A stretch of 64,000 nt of DNA from Pseudovirgaria hyperparasitica (taxonomy: Eukaryota). The position numbers and the translations under genes were made by a program. This document shows positions 52,921 through 64,000 of this stretch, in pieces. The stretch is taken from assembly GCA_010093815.1 (NCBI GenBank), contig ML996587.1, one strand, 5' to 3'. The notes under the pieces were generated by a model. It was given only the letters and a program-made list of their open reading frames with translations. It did not search any database and had not been told where the DNA came from. How positions within the stretch are numbered: the stretch's first letter is position 1; every line of letters begins with the position of its first letter.

Positions 52921-55140
52921 TTTCTTAGCTTTATTATAATATATAGTAGTCTAAAAATAGAGCTAGAGCGTATAAAGACTATTATAGAATAGCTAGAACC
53001 TACTACTATATATTAAATTAGAATATTTATAGGTTTTATAAACTATTATTATAAATTTATTATAGGCTTCTTATAAATTATAGCGCCGCTTAATAAACTT
53101 ACTAAGAATAGTAGTAAAATCTCTATAGATAGTTAAGTATAGTATAAAGCTAAGTTAGTTAAGATATAGTTAATACTAGAAGTATAAGATATATTCTAAT
53201 TATTAAAGAATTACTTTATAACTATACTAATCCTTAGGTATTTTAACTCTAAGAAGTATATTTAGATTAAAACTAATATATTAGAATTTATAATTACTAG
53301 AATTATTAGTTAACTATATAAGGATATAAAAGATAAGATATAATAGTACCTAGTTATCTTCTTTTTCTATAAAATAGTAGATATAGAGATATATTATAAT
53401 ACGTATAACTAGAAACTACTTATAATTAGTAAGAGTTTTAAGTAATAGTAATATTATTTAGAAGGTTCTATATATTAGATTAAATTATTATTAGATTATA
53501 TAAATCTATATTACTTTATATTAACTAAGGTTCTTAATTACTAATAAGTATATTAGACTAAGTAGATATTAATATTTAACTTTAAAATCTTATATAAAAC
53601 TAGAAGAGAGAATAAAGCTAATTCTCTATCACAGTATAAAGATTATAAGAAATTATTATAGAATAACATAGATAGTTAGTATAATCTAGACTATACTATA
53701 CTATAGATACTATAAGACTAGTTATCTAATAGAATACTAGAAGCTAGGATACTTTTAGTAATTCTCCATAGAAATTAAAGCAGGTATTAAGTAATCTAAA
53801 TAAATATCTAAGAAACTAAGAAAACCCTTAAAGACTTAATTAAATCTATCTAGAATTCTAATATATTAGTAAAGAAAGTTATAAGTATAAAAGAAAGTAC
53901 TATAGATCCACTATAGTTATTAAGGTAGAAATAATAATTAAATATAATCTACTTCTAAGGCTAACTATATATACTAGAAGGCGGCTTATAAATTAATATT
54001 TTAAGGGAATAATATAATTATATATTAGTAGAATACTTTAGTATTATAAGAATAGTTATTTTAATCTAAAGAATATATAACTAGCTAGGTCTTTATGGAT
54101 ATATAAAGGACTATATAAAAATATATAACGTTTACTAGTATATAAAAGTATATAGATACTTACTATATAGTAAATTAAGGCTATTATCTATACTAAAGAA
54201 GATATAGAAGAAATTATTAATAGATTTTATTATAGATCTACCCCTAAGTAAGTATCTTAGATATATTTATAATAGTTTACTTATAGTTCTAGATAGATTT
54301 ATAAAGATATTATACTATATCTCTATAAGAAAGATAATCTAAGTACTAGATCTTATAGATATACTACTCTATAATATAGTCCAGCTCTATAGTATACTAA
54401 ATAGTATAGTTTTAGATAGAGATCCATAGATAATATCTAAATTTTAGAAGAATTTCTACTATATACTAGGAATTAAGTAGAAACTTAGTACTATATTCTA
54501 TCTATAAATAGATAGATAGATAGAGTAGTAGAATTAGATAGTTAAGGTATATTTATATATATATTATAACTATAAGTAGAATAACTAGATAAGATTAGTC
54601 TATATTATAGAATTTATATATAATAATAGCTAATAAATATTAATCTACGAAAGTTTATTTAAAGTAAACTTTAGTTAGAACTATAATATATAGTTCTTAG
54701 AAATATAGTTTAAAGTAGAATAATCTAATATTAAAGTAATAGAAATTACTATAGAACTATTCTAAATATAAAGAAGTATTATAAAGTTACTATAAGATAC
54801 TATAGATTATAGTAAATTATACTATAATAAGGGTAGAAAACCTATAATCTTTAATATTAGAGATTAAGTTTTACTAAATAGTAAGAATATTTATAGTATT
54901 AGACTAAAGAAGAAGCTTAACTATATAATAAAAGATCTATATAAGATTATTTATATAATTAATAACTAGACGTATAAGTTAATACTTCCTTCTATATTAA
55001 AGATATATAATATATTCTATATTATACTTCTTAAGCTATTTTATATCTTATTATTAATAGATTATTCTAAATAGATATTATATAAAGTAGTTATATAAGA
55101 AGGTATAGATATCTATCAAAGTTAAATAGATACTTAGCTA
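52921..55140 (+). mobile_element. Ty3/Gypsy pol fragment (RT end, RNase H, integrase), family G4
   Basis: De-RIPed FLGFI..WPEP..FIGF.NYYRKFI, ETDASEFAI, YDTHDQELLAI, MDFITDLP, SDRD, FHPQTDGQTE. Confidence 0.85.
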
Positions 55141-55162
55141 ATAATATACTAAAAATAGTAAT

Positions 55163-55302
55163 GAAAAACTTCTTATACTCTAAGGGACTAAAACTAGTTA
55201 ATTTAGCGTAATATAGTAATCTATAGACATTAATTAATAGAGTATACTAAGTATAATAACTTCTAATATGTATATATATATATATAGTATATAATATATA
55301 TA
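55163..55302 (+). mobile_element. LINE 5'-end fragment interrupted by a G2 LTR
   Basis: GAAAAACTTCTTATACTCTAAGGGACTAAAACTAGTTAATT matches the family 5' terminus (12381 onward). Confidence 0.75.
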
Positions 55303-57364
55303 TATAATGAATTACTAGCTACAACTATAGAAGAATACATAGACTCTAGCACGAGTAGCGTAAGAGATAGTATAACACCTAGAAGGAGTACTTATAATAC
55401 TATAGGTAGCCTTAGATAATAATCTAAGGCTAAGATAGGCATCTATAGGGAGAGCTAATTATAGGTACTTAGAATAGATATTCTAAGTAGCCTACTAAGT
55501 AATTAGAAATAGAATACTAGTATTCTAAGTAATATACTAGATACTTAGAATAAGTATTCTAATTAAAGGACCTTAGTAGAACTATATAGACCCTTTAAAC
55601 CTAACCTCTAGAGATAGTTCTATAGTAATTAATTTAAACTTATACTAATATAATTACTACTTTACTCGTCTACTAGCTAGTTACTATTTATACTCTATTA
55701 ATACTTACTATAAACCTACTTATACTCTTCTAAGTCTTCTAAGTATCTTTACCTTTAGAAAAGCTAGAATACTCTATATAATAGACTACTTTAGAAATAA
55801 GCTATATCCTTACTAGAGAAGGTTTATTATAGTTTAATTACTTATCTTAGACTCTAAAGTAAGTATTTATACTATCTATTTAAATATAAAAATAGTAAAT
55901 AATAGATAGTTCTTATCTTTATAAACCACTCTATAAGCTCTAACTATAGAATAAGTTAGATATCTTATTATAGAATTAGAGAAGTAAGTTATAGAGCTCT
56001 AGAGAGAAAATATTAAACTTAGAAAAGCTAAAGAGAGCTTTAAAAGAAAAATCCTAGAATCTTTTCAAGGTAAGTAAAGCGAACTCTAAGGATTTCTAAT
56101 ATAGATTAGAATATATCTCTAGGCCTACTAAATCTAGAATCTAAAAGAATAAGTTATATTTACTACTAGATTACTAAAGAAAGATATACTTATTTAGTTT
56201 AAACCCTACTTAAGAGACTTTATAGAAAATAATCTATAGAATTAATAGAATAATACTATTAAGATCTTTAAATATTTTAAAGAATTTAAGAAATATATTA
56301 AGATAATCTTTAGAGATATAGATAAATAAAGAATAGCTAAGAGATAGATCTAGTAAATAGTCTAAATAAAATCTATATCTAACTACGCCTCTAAATTCTA
56401 ATAAATCTTAAGTTAGTTAGACTAGAATAATAAACCTCTAATTCTCTAGTTCTATATAGAACTCTATAATAATATTAAGGATAAAATCTCTAGAGAGAGA
56501 GACTATTCTACTAACCTCTAAGAATATATTAAGCTTATAGTCTAGATTAATAACTAACTATATAAGAGACGCTATAAGAAAAGAGAGAAAAAGATCTTTT
56601 AACCTATACTTAAATAAGATACTAGAAAGGGCTATATTAATAAGACTCTAAACTATTTATATAAGAAATTCTATAATAGACCCATACTAATAGAACTTAG
56701 TATCTTATAGATAAAACACCTATCTAATAAAGAAAAGAAGTAACTAAAGAAGAAAGATAAGTATCTCTACTATAAGGAAAAGAGATACTACACCTATAAA
56801 TACCCGAAAAATAAAAATATAAAAAATTAGATTAAGAATCTAGTACTAAGATAAGAAAACTTTACTATAGAAAAAGAAGAAGTACCTTATATAGCTATAT
56901 TATAGACTAGTTATACTAATAACCTCTACTTTATATATAAGTTAGAAAAGGATAGTATAGATTAGTATCTAAAGAAAAGAAACGTTTTAATAGCTAGTAA
57001 ATAACCTCTATTACTCTATAAAAAAATAGAACTATAGAAATACTTAGATATAATAAGAAGATCTAAACTAACTAAAGAAATAGTATCTAAAGAAGTAACT
57101 ATAGAAGGAAGTACTATAGAGAAAGATAGTAAGGAAGAAACCCTTACTATAGAAGAACTATATAATAAGTTAATAATAGACTAAGATTCTAGAACTTACT
57201 ATACTATCTATTATTATAAAAAATATAGAGGTAAGAATAATAGAGATCTATCTTTAAAAGATATAGAGATTTAACTAGAAGATAACTAACTTATCTTACT
57301 CTACTACGAGGGACACGATAGAACCTTCTAGATTATCTATCTCTATAATAATTATCTTTAATAT
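55303..57364 (+). mobile_element. Second G2 copy: 5' LTR (55303-55831) plus gag, truncated
   Basis: Colinear with 31818-33879. Confidence 0.9.
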
Positions 57365-59701
57365 TATAGAACTAGAGTCCTCCGCTAGACTTTCTTATAA
57401 ATAATATAGAGGCCGTGACTTCTAATATAGTATACTAAATTAGCCCTTTTACTAGAAGGTCTCTTAGAAGTTTTACTAGTATAAGAAGCTTATCCTTTAC
57501 TATACTAAATAGCCGCCCCTATAGTAAGTCTATTAGTATTCTATCTACTTTCTTATATGTCTTAATTTTATAATTAATATCTAGTTAGTACGGCGTAAGT
57601 TTATCTACTTCCCTTTTAGAAAATAGTAGAGCTATATTCTAGAGTTATAGAGGTAGTATCTTCCGTATCTATTCTAGTAATAGCTCTTTCTTCTTCTCTA
57701 GTACCTTATAGATATTCTCTATAGATACCGCGTTTACTATAAGGGCCCCTTTAGAGTTCTTATATTCTTTTATAGGGTCTATCTACTCTTTAGCGGTCCC
57801 TAGCTTATAGTAGTTAAGACCTTTATCTATCTATTACTTTACTTAGCCGTAGTAGTACTATTACTTATTAGGCGCGGTCTATACCTTATTATATACTTTC
57901 TAAGGGTTTCTAAGAATAAGCGGGAAGGCTAAGTTAGATACTATATAAGCGTAGATATCTTATCTATAATTATCTATCTCTATATAAAACGCGATAACTC
58001 TACGAATTTTAGAGTTATTTATAGTATCTATTACTCCCTTAATTATATACTTTCTATTAGTTATATAGGGGAGTTCTAGACCTTCTATTAGATCTTCTTA
58101 AATTATAGTATAGTACTAGTAGCCTTTATTAATAAGCGTAAAAGTTCTAATAGCTTTTTAGAGAACTATATCTATATATATAAGGTTTCTATCTATTATA
58201 CTTCGGAACTCGGTCTATCTATCTACTAGTATATTCTCTACTCTCTACTCTTAACTTTAAGAGAGAGTTATATATTTTCTAAGTACTTATTACTAGAATC
58301 TATAAGATTATCTTTAATCTCTAATAGAGATATAATTTTAACTTAATTAATCTTTATAATTCTTTTAGAGGTTAAGAAGGGATTAGTATATAGATAGTCT
58401 TTAATCTAGTATCCTAATACCCTATAACGGAAGTAGAGCCCTTCTTTCTAGTATCTATCCCTTTCTACTTAGTTAATCTACTTTACCTTTAGTATCTCCT
58501 CCATCTTATAGTAGAATCTAGATTCTTTCTTCTAGTCTCTACTTATATATATAGGGTCTATAATAGTATCTCTATCCTTATCCTTTTTAGCTATAGTATA
58601 ATACTTATATAATCTTATAGCTACTATGCTTTTTATTATAGTAACTATATTCTTTTTCTACTTCTTATTAGCTACCTTAAACTACTTAGTATCTTCTAAG
58701 TCTATTATAATTCTCTTAATCTCTTCCACGAAGCTTTAGTAGTTTATAATCCTTAGTATAGAGACTATATATATATAAGCGGGGTTTAAGAAGATATTTT
58801 AGAGATAGCTAATTTTTATACTATCTTTCTAGTTATCTCTACTAGCGTTTAGTAGAAGTCTATTAAATTTAAGTTAGTATTTATACTAAGGTTAGCTATT
58901 TATATATTTAAGTAATAAAAGCTTTTCTAAGGCCTTAGCCTTCTTATTACTATATATAAATATATATTTAAGTTATATAAAGAAGGCTTTAGAATTCTTA
59001 TCTTTTATAGAGTCTCTTCTTTTCTAGAAGTATTATATTTAGTTTCTCTTACGCGCTAGTAGAGTCTTATAGATAGTATTCTAGTAGTGTTCTAGAGATA
59101 GCTTTAGCTTAAGTATAGATTATATCTTATAGAAGCTATAAAACTATAATAAATAGTCTTAGAAGGTAGCTACTTTACTATTCTAGAAGGGTAGTTTCTA
59201 GTCCCTAGATTCTAATAGTTTCTAGTTAGTTTATAGAGTTAGAGTTATTTTTTTAAGTAGAGACTTTAGTAGTTTATTTATAGTAGAGTATAATTAATTC
59301 TAGAAGACTTAGTTTCGTATAGTAAGAATCTCTTATTTAAGAGCTTACTAGTATTATAGTAGATTAAAGATAGTCTCTTTAGTACTTTATAACTCTATAT
59401 TTAGATCTAGGTCTTAGTCTAGCTTACCTCTAGTATTACTCTATATATTATCTCTAAAGTCTATAGTAAAGTACTTAGAGAGTAAAATAGAATTAAACTT
59501 AATATTATAGAAATATAATATATATATATATAGATATAAGAGTATTTATAGAATATAGTAAGTTTAATAAGAAAGAAAGTTAGAGTCTACTTAGCTTTCT
59601 TAAGATATAGAATAGAGTACGCTATTAAAAAGAACCTTACTTAGTCTTATTAAGTAAGAAGAGAGTAGTAGTATAGACGTAGTATACTAGCGTTAACTAT
59701 A
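57365..59701 (-). mobile_element. Ty3/Gypsy 5' half (putative LTR ~59506-59701, gag, protease, RT start), family G3
   Basis: Minus-strand de-RIPed GLCFRC...GH..KDC ~58395-58445, TLIDEGCQCYA ~58105-58140, PWGRLFSM...APVLFVRKSGGGLRFC ~57365-57525. Confidence 0.8.
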
Positions 59702-60557
59702 CTTAGAGTCTACCCTTAATAGTATTTTTTTTAATTTTACCTTAATTCTCTATATATTTTTCTACTATACCTTTATAATCTTATTTCTAGGGTACTTCTA
59801 GTTATTAGATTACTCTATTTACTTAATATTATTATTTCTAATAATATAGCTCTAGACGGGGATAGTATATATCTATATTAGATATATATTTATATAGATA
59901 AATATACTAGAGAAGATATTATTTATTATATTTAGATTATTAGAGATAGTCTACTAGACTATATTAGTAGTAGTAGTTAGTACTATACCTTCTAGAGTAA
60001 GTTTAGCTATAACTATATTTAACTATATTTCTCTCTAGTTATTAATTTTATTAACAATATTCTTTAGAGATACTTACTAGACCTATATAAGTATTATCTT
60101 ATTCTAGATAGTAACTTATACGCTATACGCTTCCCCCTTAGATATTCTTAGTATTTAAGTTATTCTAGTTATACTATCTATTAGTATAATAATAATAATA
60201 ATAATATTATATAACTAGGTAGAGTAGTACTCTATAGGCCTATGCCTTCTCTAGTCTAAGCCACTATATAAGAAGAAACCCTATAGGGAAAAACTTCCTT
60301 ATATCTATAACTATATCTCGTTAAACCTCTATTTCGTCTTAAGTATATAGCTATAGGGTACGCCTATTAGCCTATAGCCTATATTACCGTTATTTTACCC
60401 TTAGGTAGCACGTGTAGATACGGAGGTTATTAGTTAAGGGCTGCCCTCGACTAATAATCGGGGTTCTCCCGGGGTTCTTCCGGTATATATCGGGTTGCTA
60501 CCGGCGTATACCGGGTCTCTTCCAATATATATTTCCGGGTCCACTAGTACTAGAGGA

Positions 60558-61762
60558 CCTCTAGTTCGAAGTCGGATGACTCCTATAGGTTCGACGTGCC
60601 CTATACCATTAGGCCCTACTCCTATTTTCGCCTTATCTTATCCCCTTTAGGCTTATACCTCCGGCTCTACTAGAAGAGGGGCACGACGCCTTATCTAGCT
60701 AGGAAACTATAAGGTTTACTCCTTAAACTTATATTACTAGCGTACGTGCCTAGCGACACGTTCTATCTCTTTATAAATTAATACGCGTATCCGTTCTCTC
60801 GGGCTATATAGTAGTCTCCCTAGCTAGGACGTAATCCCGTCTACTTCTAGATATACTAAAGGTTAGAGTCTATTAAAGGGGTAAGGTCCTTAGAGCTAGT
60901 AGTTACTACTATATACTACGCCCCGCCTTTAAGTATAGCTACTATCTGGTTTCGTGTTACCTATAAGGATCTCTCTATAATAGGCCGACCGTGTCTTATA
61001 GACGAGTATTCTTTAAATCCTATACGTGTATACTCGTGTGACGCGCCTAGGCGACTTAAGTATCCTCTATCTACTAACCTAACTTATTTCTACTACTTTT
61101 TAATGGGTCCCTATAGCCGCCTCTTACCTATATCCGTATACTATTATCTATATATACTAGCGCCCTACCTTCTATAGTAGACTATAATATCTCTCGTACG
61201 TAGAAGCTACTCTATCTATCCTAGACCTAAGTAGTATTCTATATTAAGCGAAAGGTCTTAATAGAGTCGCGCTACTAGTGGTCGCGCTAGGCGTCTTAAT
61301 AAACGTAGTTTAATACTATAGAAGAGTTAGCCTTAATAAGTTTATCCGTAGTAGTTTATAGTTACCCTCGACGTGATTTCTCGCTAATCCTTACGTACCT
61401 AGAGCTATTTAAGCCTCGAGGTATCCTATCGCGCTACTAGGACTTCCGCTTTCTCTATCTATATAGTAAGGTAGATTTAGGCCTGCTTTTAATATAGTAG
61501 TAGCGCGTTAGGTGGTTTTCTTATCCCGGTATCCTCATAGACTCCTCTTAACGCGTTAATTAAGAATAGGATAGAAGTATATACTATCCTAGCTGGTTTA
61601 TTACGGTATAGTCCCTATAGAGTAACGCGTTACGAAAACTCTATAACTATCTACCTAGCGACGATAAGGTCGCTATTAACGCCGCTCCGAACCTCTTACT
61701 ACCTCCGAAGAGGCATTACCTAGCTATAATAATATAGACGCGGTTCGTAAGACTTCGTAGCC
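60558..61762 (-). ncRNA. ~1.2-kb non-coding structured RNA 'head', copy B
   Basis: Reverse-complement homolog of 23852-25038 with the same first (GGCTACGAAG) and last (GAACTAGAGG) nucleotides. Confidence 0.7.
61688..61762 (-). ncRNA. HDV/CPEB3-like self-cleaving ribozyme (RIP-mutated copy B)
   Basis: Minus strand GGCTACG-AAGTCTTA-CGAACC-GCG-TCTATAT-TAT-TATAGCT-AG-GTAATG-CCTC-TTCG-GAGG-TAGTAAGA-GGTTCG. P2 CGAACC/GGTTCG is intact and P4 is capped by C(UUCG)G. Confidence 0.8.
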
Positions 61763-62487
61763 TATCTATTAGTATAGTAACTTATATTTATATACTAGAG
61801 TATTTTTTCTAGATAAGGTCTACTTAGATCTTTAATAGACTAGTCTTAATCTAGTCTAGTCTAGATTCTAGATTTAACTCTAGCGTCTACTTTACTTCTA
61901 TAGTAAGTTCTTAGATATTTTAGACTAGACTCTAGAAGATACTAAGAAGAATAGTCTCTCTCTTCTTAACTTCTCTCTCTATATATATTATCTAGTAGTT
62001 AATCTTATTTATAAGATTTTCTTTAAGTAGAGTTCTCTCTATTTTAGTTATCTATAATATTTTATATTTTTAGCTATTTTTTATTTTCTAGATAGATATT
62101 TAGTTATTCTAGAATATACTACTATATAGGTATTTCTATTATATAGATAGTAGAGATATATCTAGTAGAGACTAGAGTATATTAGTATCTAGAGCTACTA
62201 TAATTATTAGTTAAGAACTATTCTTAACTAATAAAAGAAAATTAGTATATTAGTATTTCTTATTAGTAGTCTATACTTGTATCTATAAAGAGCTTTTAAG
62301 TATATATATATATATATAGTATCTCTATATATTAGTATTATTATATAATATATACTATATATATATATTAGAAGTTATTATACTTAGTATACTCTATTAA
62401 TTAATATATATAGATTACTATATTACCCTAAATTAACTAGTTTTAGTCTCTTAGAGTATAAGAAGTTTTTTTAGTTTATTACTTATA

Positions 62488-63400
62488 GATAAAAATATTA
62501 AGATATAATAACTAAATAATAAATTAGACTTTAAGACAATCGGACCCTTTAAAATAAAATAAAAAATTTTAGAAGTTAATTATAAACTATCTTTACCTTA
62601 ATATATAAGAATAAACCTAGTATTTTATATCTTATTACTAGAACTAGTACTATATAATATAAAAATCAAAACTAATATTAAAGCTATAGATAAAGAATTT
62701 AAAGTTATAAAGATTCTAGAATCTAGAATTAGTAATAGATTACTAGAATACCTAAATAAAGTAGAAAGACTATAAATATATAACTAATACTTAGAAACCT
62801 AGAGAATATTTAATAAACTACTAGTAACTAGTATAGAAGTTCTATTAAATAAATCTAGATTTATCTAGTTCTCTATACTAAGCTAAGAATTATTAATATT
62901 TAAAAAAGAATTTAGAATCTCCTTAGTAATAACTCTCTATTATTATTTAAGTTACTCTTTCTTTACTTTAAGATCTATTACTAATAGATTCTAATAAAGT
63001 ATATTCTTATAATAATACTTTAATAGCTTCTACTATCTCTCTAGATACTCTAGATATATAAAGATAGTCTAAGTATTCCACTAAGCTTTTTGCTAAGTAG
63101 CGGCTATTTTTTTTTCCTCTAGTTTAAAATAAGCTTTCTTAGAATAAACCTTCTTATCTAGAAATATTACTTATCTACTCTAATAAGAAGAATAAAGACT
63201 TATAAGATAACTTACTTAAAGCTTTAATTCTATATTTACTTACTAAATAACTCTAATAAATATACTCTAAATACTTATTAGACTTTATAAATACTATCTT
63301 ATAAATTAAGCTATATTTTTTATAAAATTAATAAGTAAAAGGTATTTTATTACTCTTATAATTAATTAAGATAGATAAAGTAACTCTCTATTTTACTAGA
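62488..63400 (+). mobile_element. G2-family 3' internal fragment (integrase end, chromodomain, 3' region)
   Basis: Colinear with ~37258-38170. Confidence 0.85.
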
Positions 63401-64000
63401 ATAATAATAATAATATTAGTGTTTAACTAGGAAGAACTATATATATAGCTATATATACGTTCTATGGGTATAGACCTTCTCTAGTCTAAGCTACTATATA
63501 TATAAGAAAACCTTCTATAATTAGCTCTCTAACTAGACTCTATTACTAATCTAACCTAGTCTAGTCTAAGTCCTTAAATTCTATTAGATAATAAACTTAC
63601 TTCTTATTCTTTAAAATTAAACTTTTTATTATTATATTAGTACTAGCTCTTAATAATACCCTAACTAACTATAGTAAGTATTATCTCTTCTATAATTAGA
63701 TAGTTTACTAGACTAGACCTAGTCTATTATTTCTATACTACTAGGTTTTTTCTATCTATAGAAATATAGCTTTATACTAGATATTAGTTATTAATTAAGA
63801 TAACTAATACTAGAGAGAGTATATATCTAATAGATCCGTGTCTTAGTACTAACCCTAGCTAGACTAAATTTAGAAATTATTCTTTAGGGCTATATAATTA
63901 TCTATTAGTAGATAGAATACTTAATTAGATATTACTATCTATTTTATAATTTACTAAGCTAGAGTAAGTATAAGCTAAGCTAGATTAGAGTAGATAAGGC
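63401..64000 (-). mobile_element. Family B non-LTR element, 3' end, inserted in G2; runs off the window
   Basis: (AAT)n tail then reverse complement of ~22318-22930. Confidence 0.8.

Larger units (their letters stand above)
60189..61762 (-). mobile_element. Chimeric retro-insertion B: ribozyme-headed 1.2-kb RNA fused to the last ~370 nt of the LINE
   Basis: 14-bp TSD TATCTATTAGTATA at 60175-60188 and 61763-61776; LINE tail/3' UTR 60189-60557; head 60558-61762. Confidence 0.9.
59702..62472 (-). mobile_element. LINE 5' half (ORF1 + 5' UTR; host H3) interrupted by chimera B
   Basis: Reverse complement of ORF1, resuming after the TSD at 61777; palindrome ~62203; family 5' terminus at ~62460-62472. 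Confidence 0.8.

Noticed and set aside
9771..62233. Recurring 31-bp palindrome as CRISPR repeat or MITE
   Set aside because: Dispersed at fixed positions within LINE copies, with no regular spacers; eukaryotic context.

Overview
Filamentous-ascomycete (Pezizomycotina-type) genomic DNA. About 85-90% is AT-rich, TpA-saturated sequence typical of repeat-induced point mutation (RIP). It consists of nested Tad1-like LINEs and at least four Ty3/Gypsy LTR families, with two assembly gaps. Two small unmutated islands carry three genes: an LRR protein with a C-terminal Cys/SOCS-box-like region (19962-21590, one 48-nt intron), SAD1/USP39 (41974-43641, minus) and a hypothetical protein (44185-45357, minus). 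The main discovery is a ~1.2-kb non-coding, apparently structured RNA 'head' present twice (23852-25038 plus; 60558-61762 minus). Each copy begins exactly at G1 of an HDV/CPEB3-like self-cleaving ribozyme fold and ends at the same nucleotide. One is fused to a nearly full-length LINE and the other to only the last ~370 nt of the LINE. Each chimera is bounded by its own target-site duplication. This suggests a ribozyme-capped RNA that hitchhikes on the LINE machinery. All motif reading was done by eye with mental reversal of RIP (TA back to CA/TG/CG), so element boundaries without TSDs are approximate.
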